This document shows, one piece after another, positions 63,712 through 64,000 of a stretch of DNA of 64,000 nucleotides. The translations under genes and the position numbers were made by a program. Position 1 is the stretch's first letter, and the number at the start of each line of letters is the position of its first letter. The notes below the pieces were generated by a model, which did no database searches, was not told the DNA's origin, and saw only the letters and a list, made by a program, of their open reading frames with translations. Origin of the DNA: Mytilus trossulus (taxonomy: Eukaryota); NCBI RefSeq assembly GCF_036588685.1, contig NC_086376.1, positions 83,369,630 to 83,433,629 of the forward strand, read 5' to 3'.

Positions 63712-64000
63712 AAAATTGCAACCAGAAGTGACAGCTAACCAGATTTTTCTGCAGAGGTCGAAACCTGAACAGTTGACTAAGTATAACCAAACAATTTAAG
63801 CTCAAAATATCTATGAATTAGGATCGTGATTAAATATTTGACACAACATATGTTTGTGGCACAAAATGAATGATTATGTGGGCAAAGAACTGAATTTGAA
63901 ATTGGTCATTTCCCTATCATGGTCCAGTATTCGAAATCTAAGTACTTTGTTAGAATTTGCACATCAAAGGACCCCAAGATTTCAATATTTGATGAACAAA

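Noticed and set aside
1-64000. Vault RNA, tRNA or other Pol III RNA gene near TEP1
   Set aside because: I saw no convincing A-box/B-box plus terminator or cloverleaf by eye. An Infernal/tRNAscan run would be needed to exclude one.

Overview
AT-rich, intron-rich animal genomic DNA. The repeat types suggest a bivalve, probably Mytilus, but that is an inference. All exons below were assembled by hand from splice signals and reading-frame continuity. Genes: (1) the 5' part of a TEP1-like TROVE-domain gene on the minus strand (15 coding exons, running off the left edge); (2) a complete 15-exon MCMBP gene on the plus strand, head-to-head with TEP1 across a short region containing an E2F site; (3) a complete 9-exon secreted protein with three divergent C-type lectin domains and a C-terminal PAN/apple-like domain; (4) a two-exon, 123-aa stand-alone ZAR1-type (3CxxC) zinc-finger gene that the ORF track only half shows; (5) two tandem dithiol (CPYC) glutaredoxin genes. 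Introns and intergenic DNA hold two LINE copies, a BEL/Pao fragment, Helentron-type non-autonomous elements, CAG..CTG TIR elements with 5- or 6-bp target duplications, foldback MITEs, long-hairpin elements with compensatory substitutions, repeats carrying degenerate minimal hammerhead ribozymes, and several minisatellites, one built from a splice acceptor. Most other short ORFs in the track are noise.
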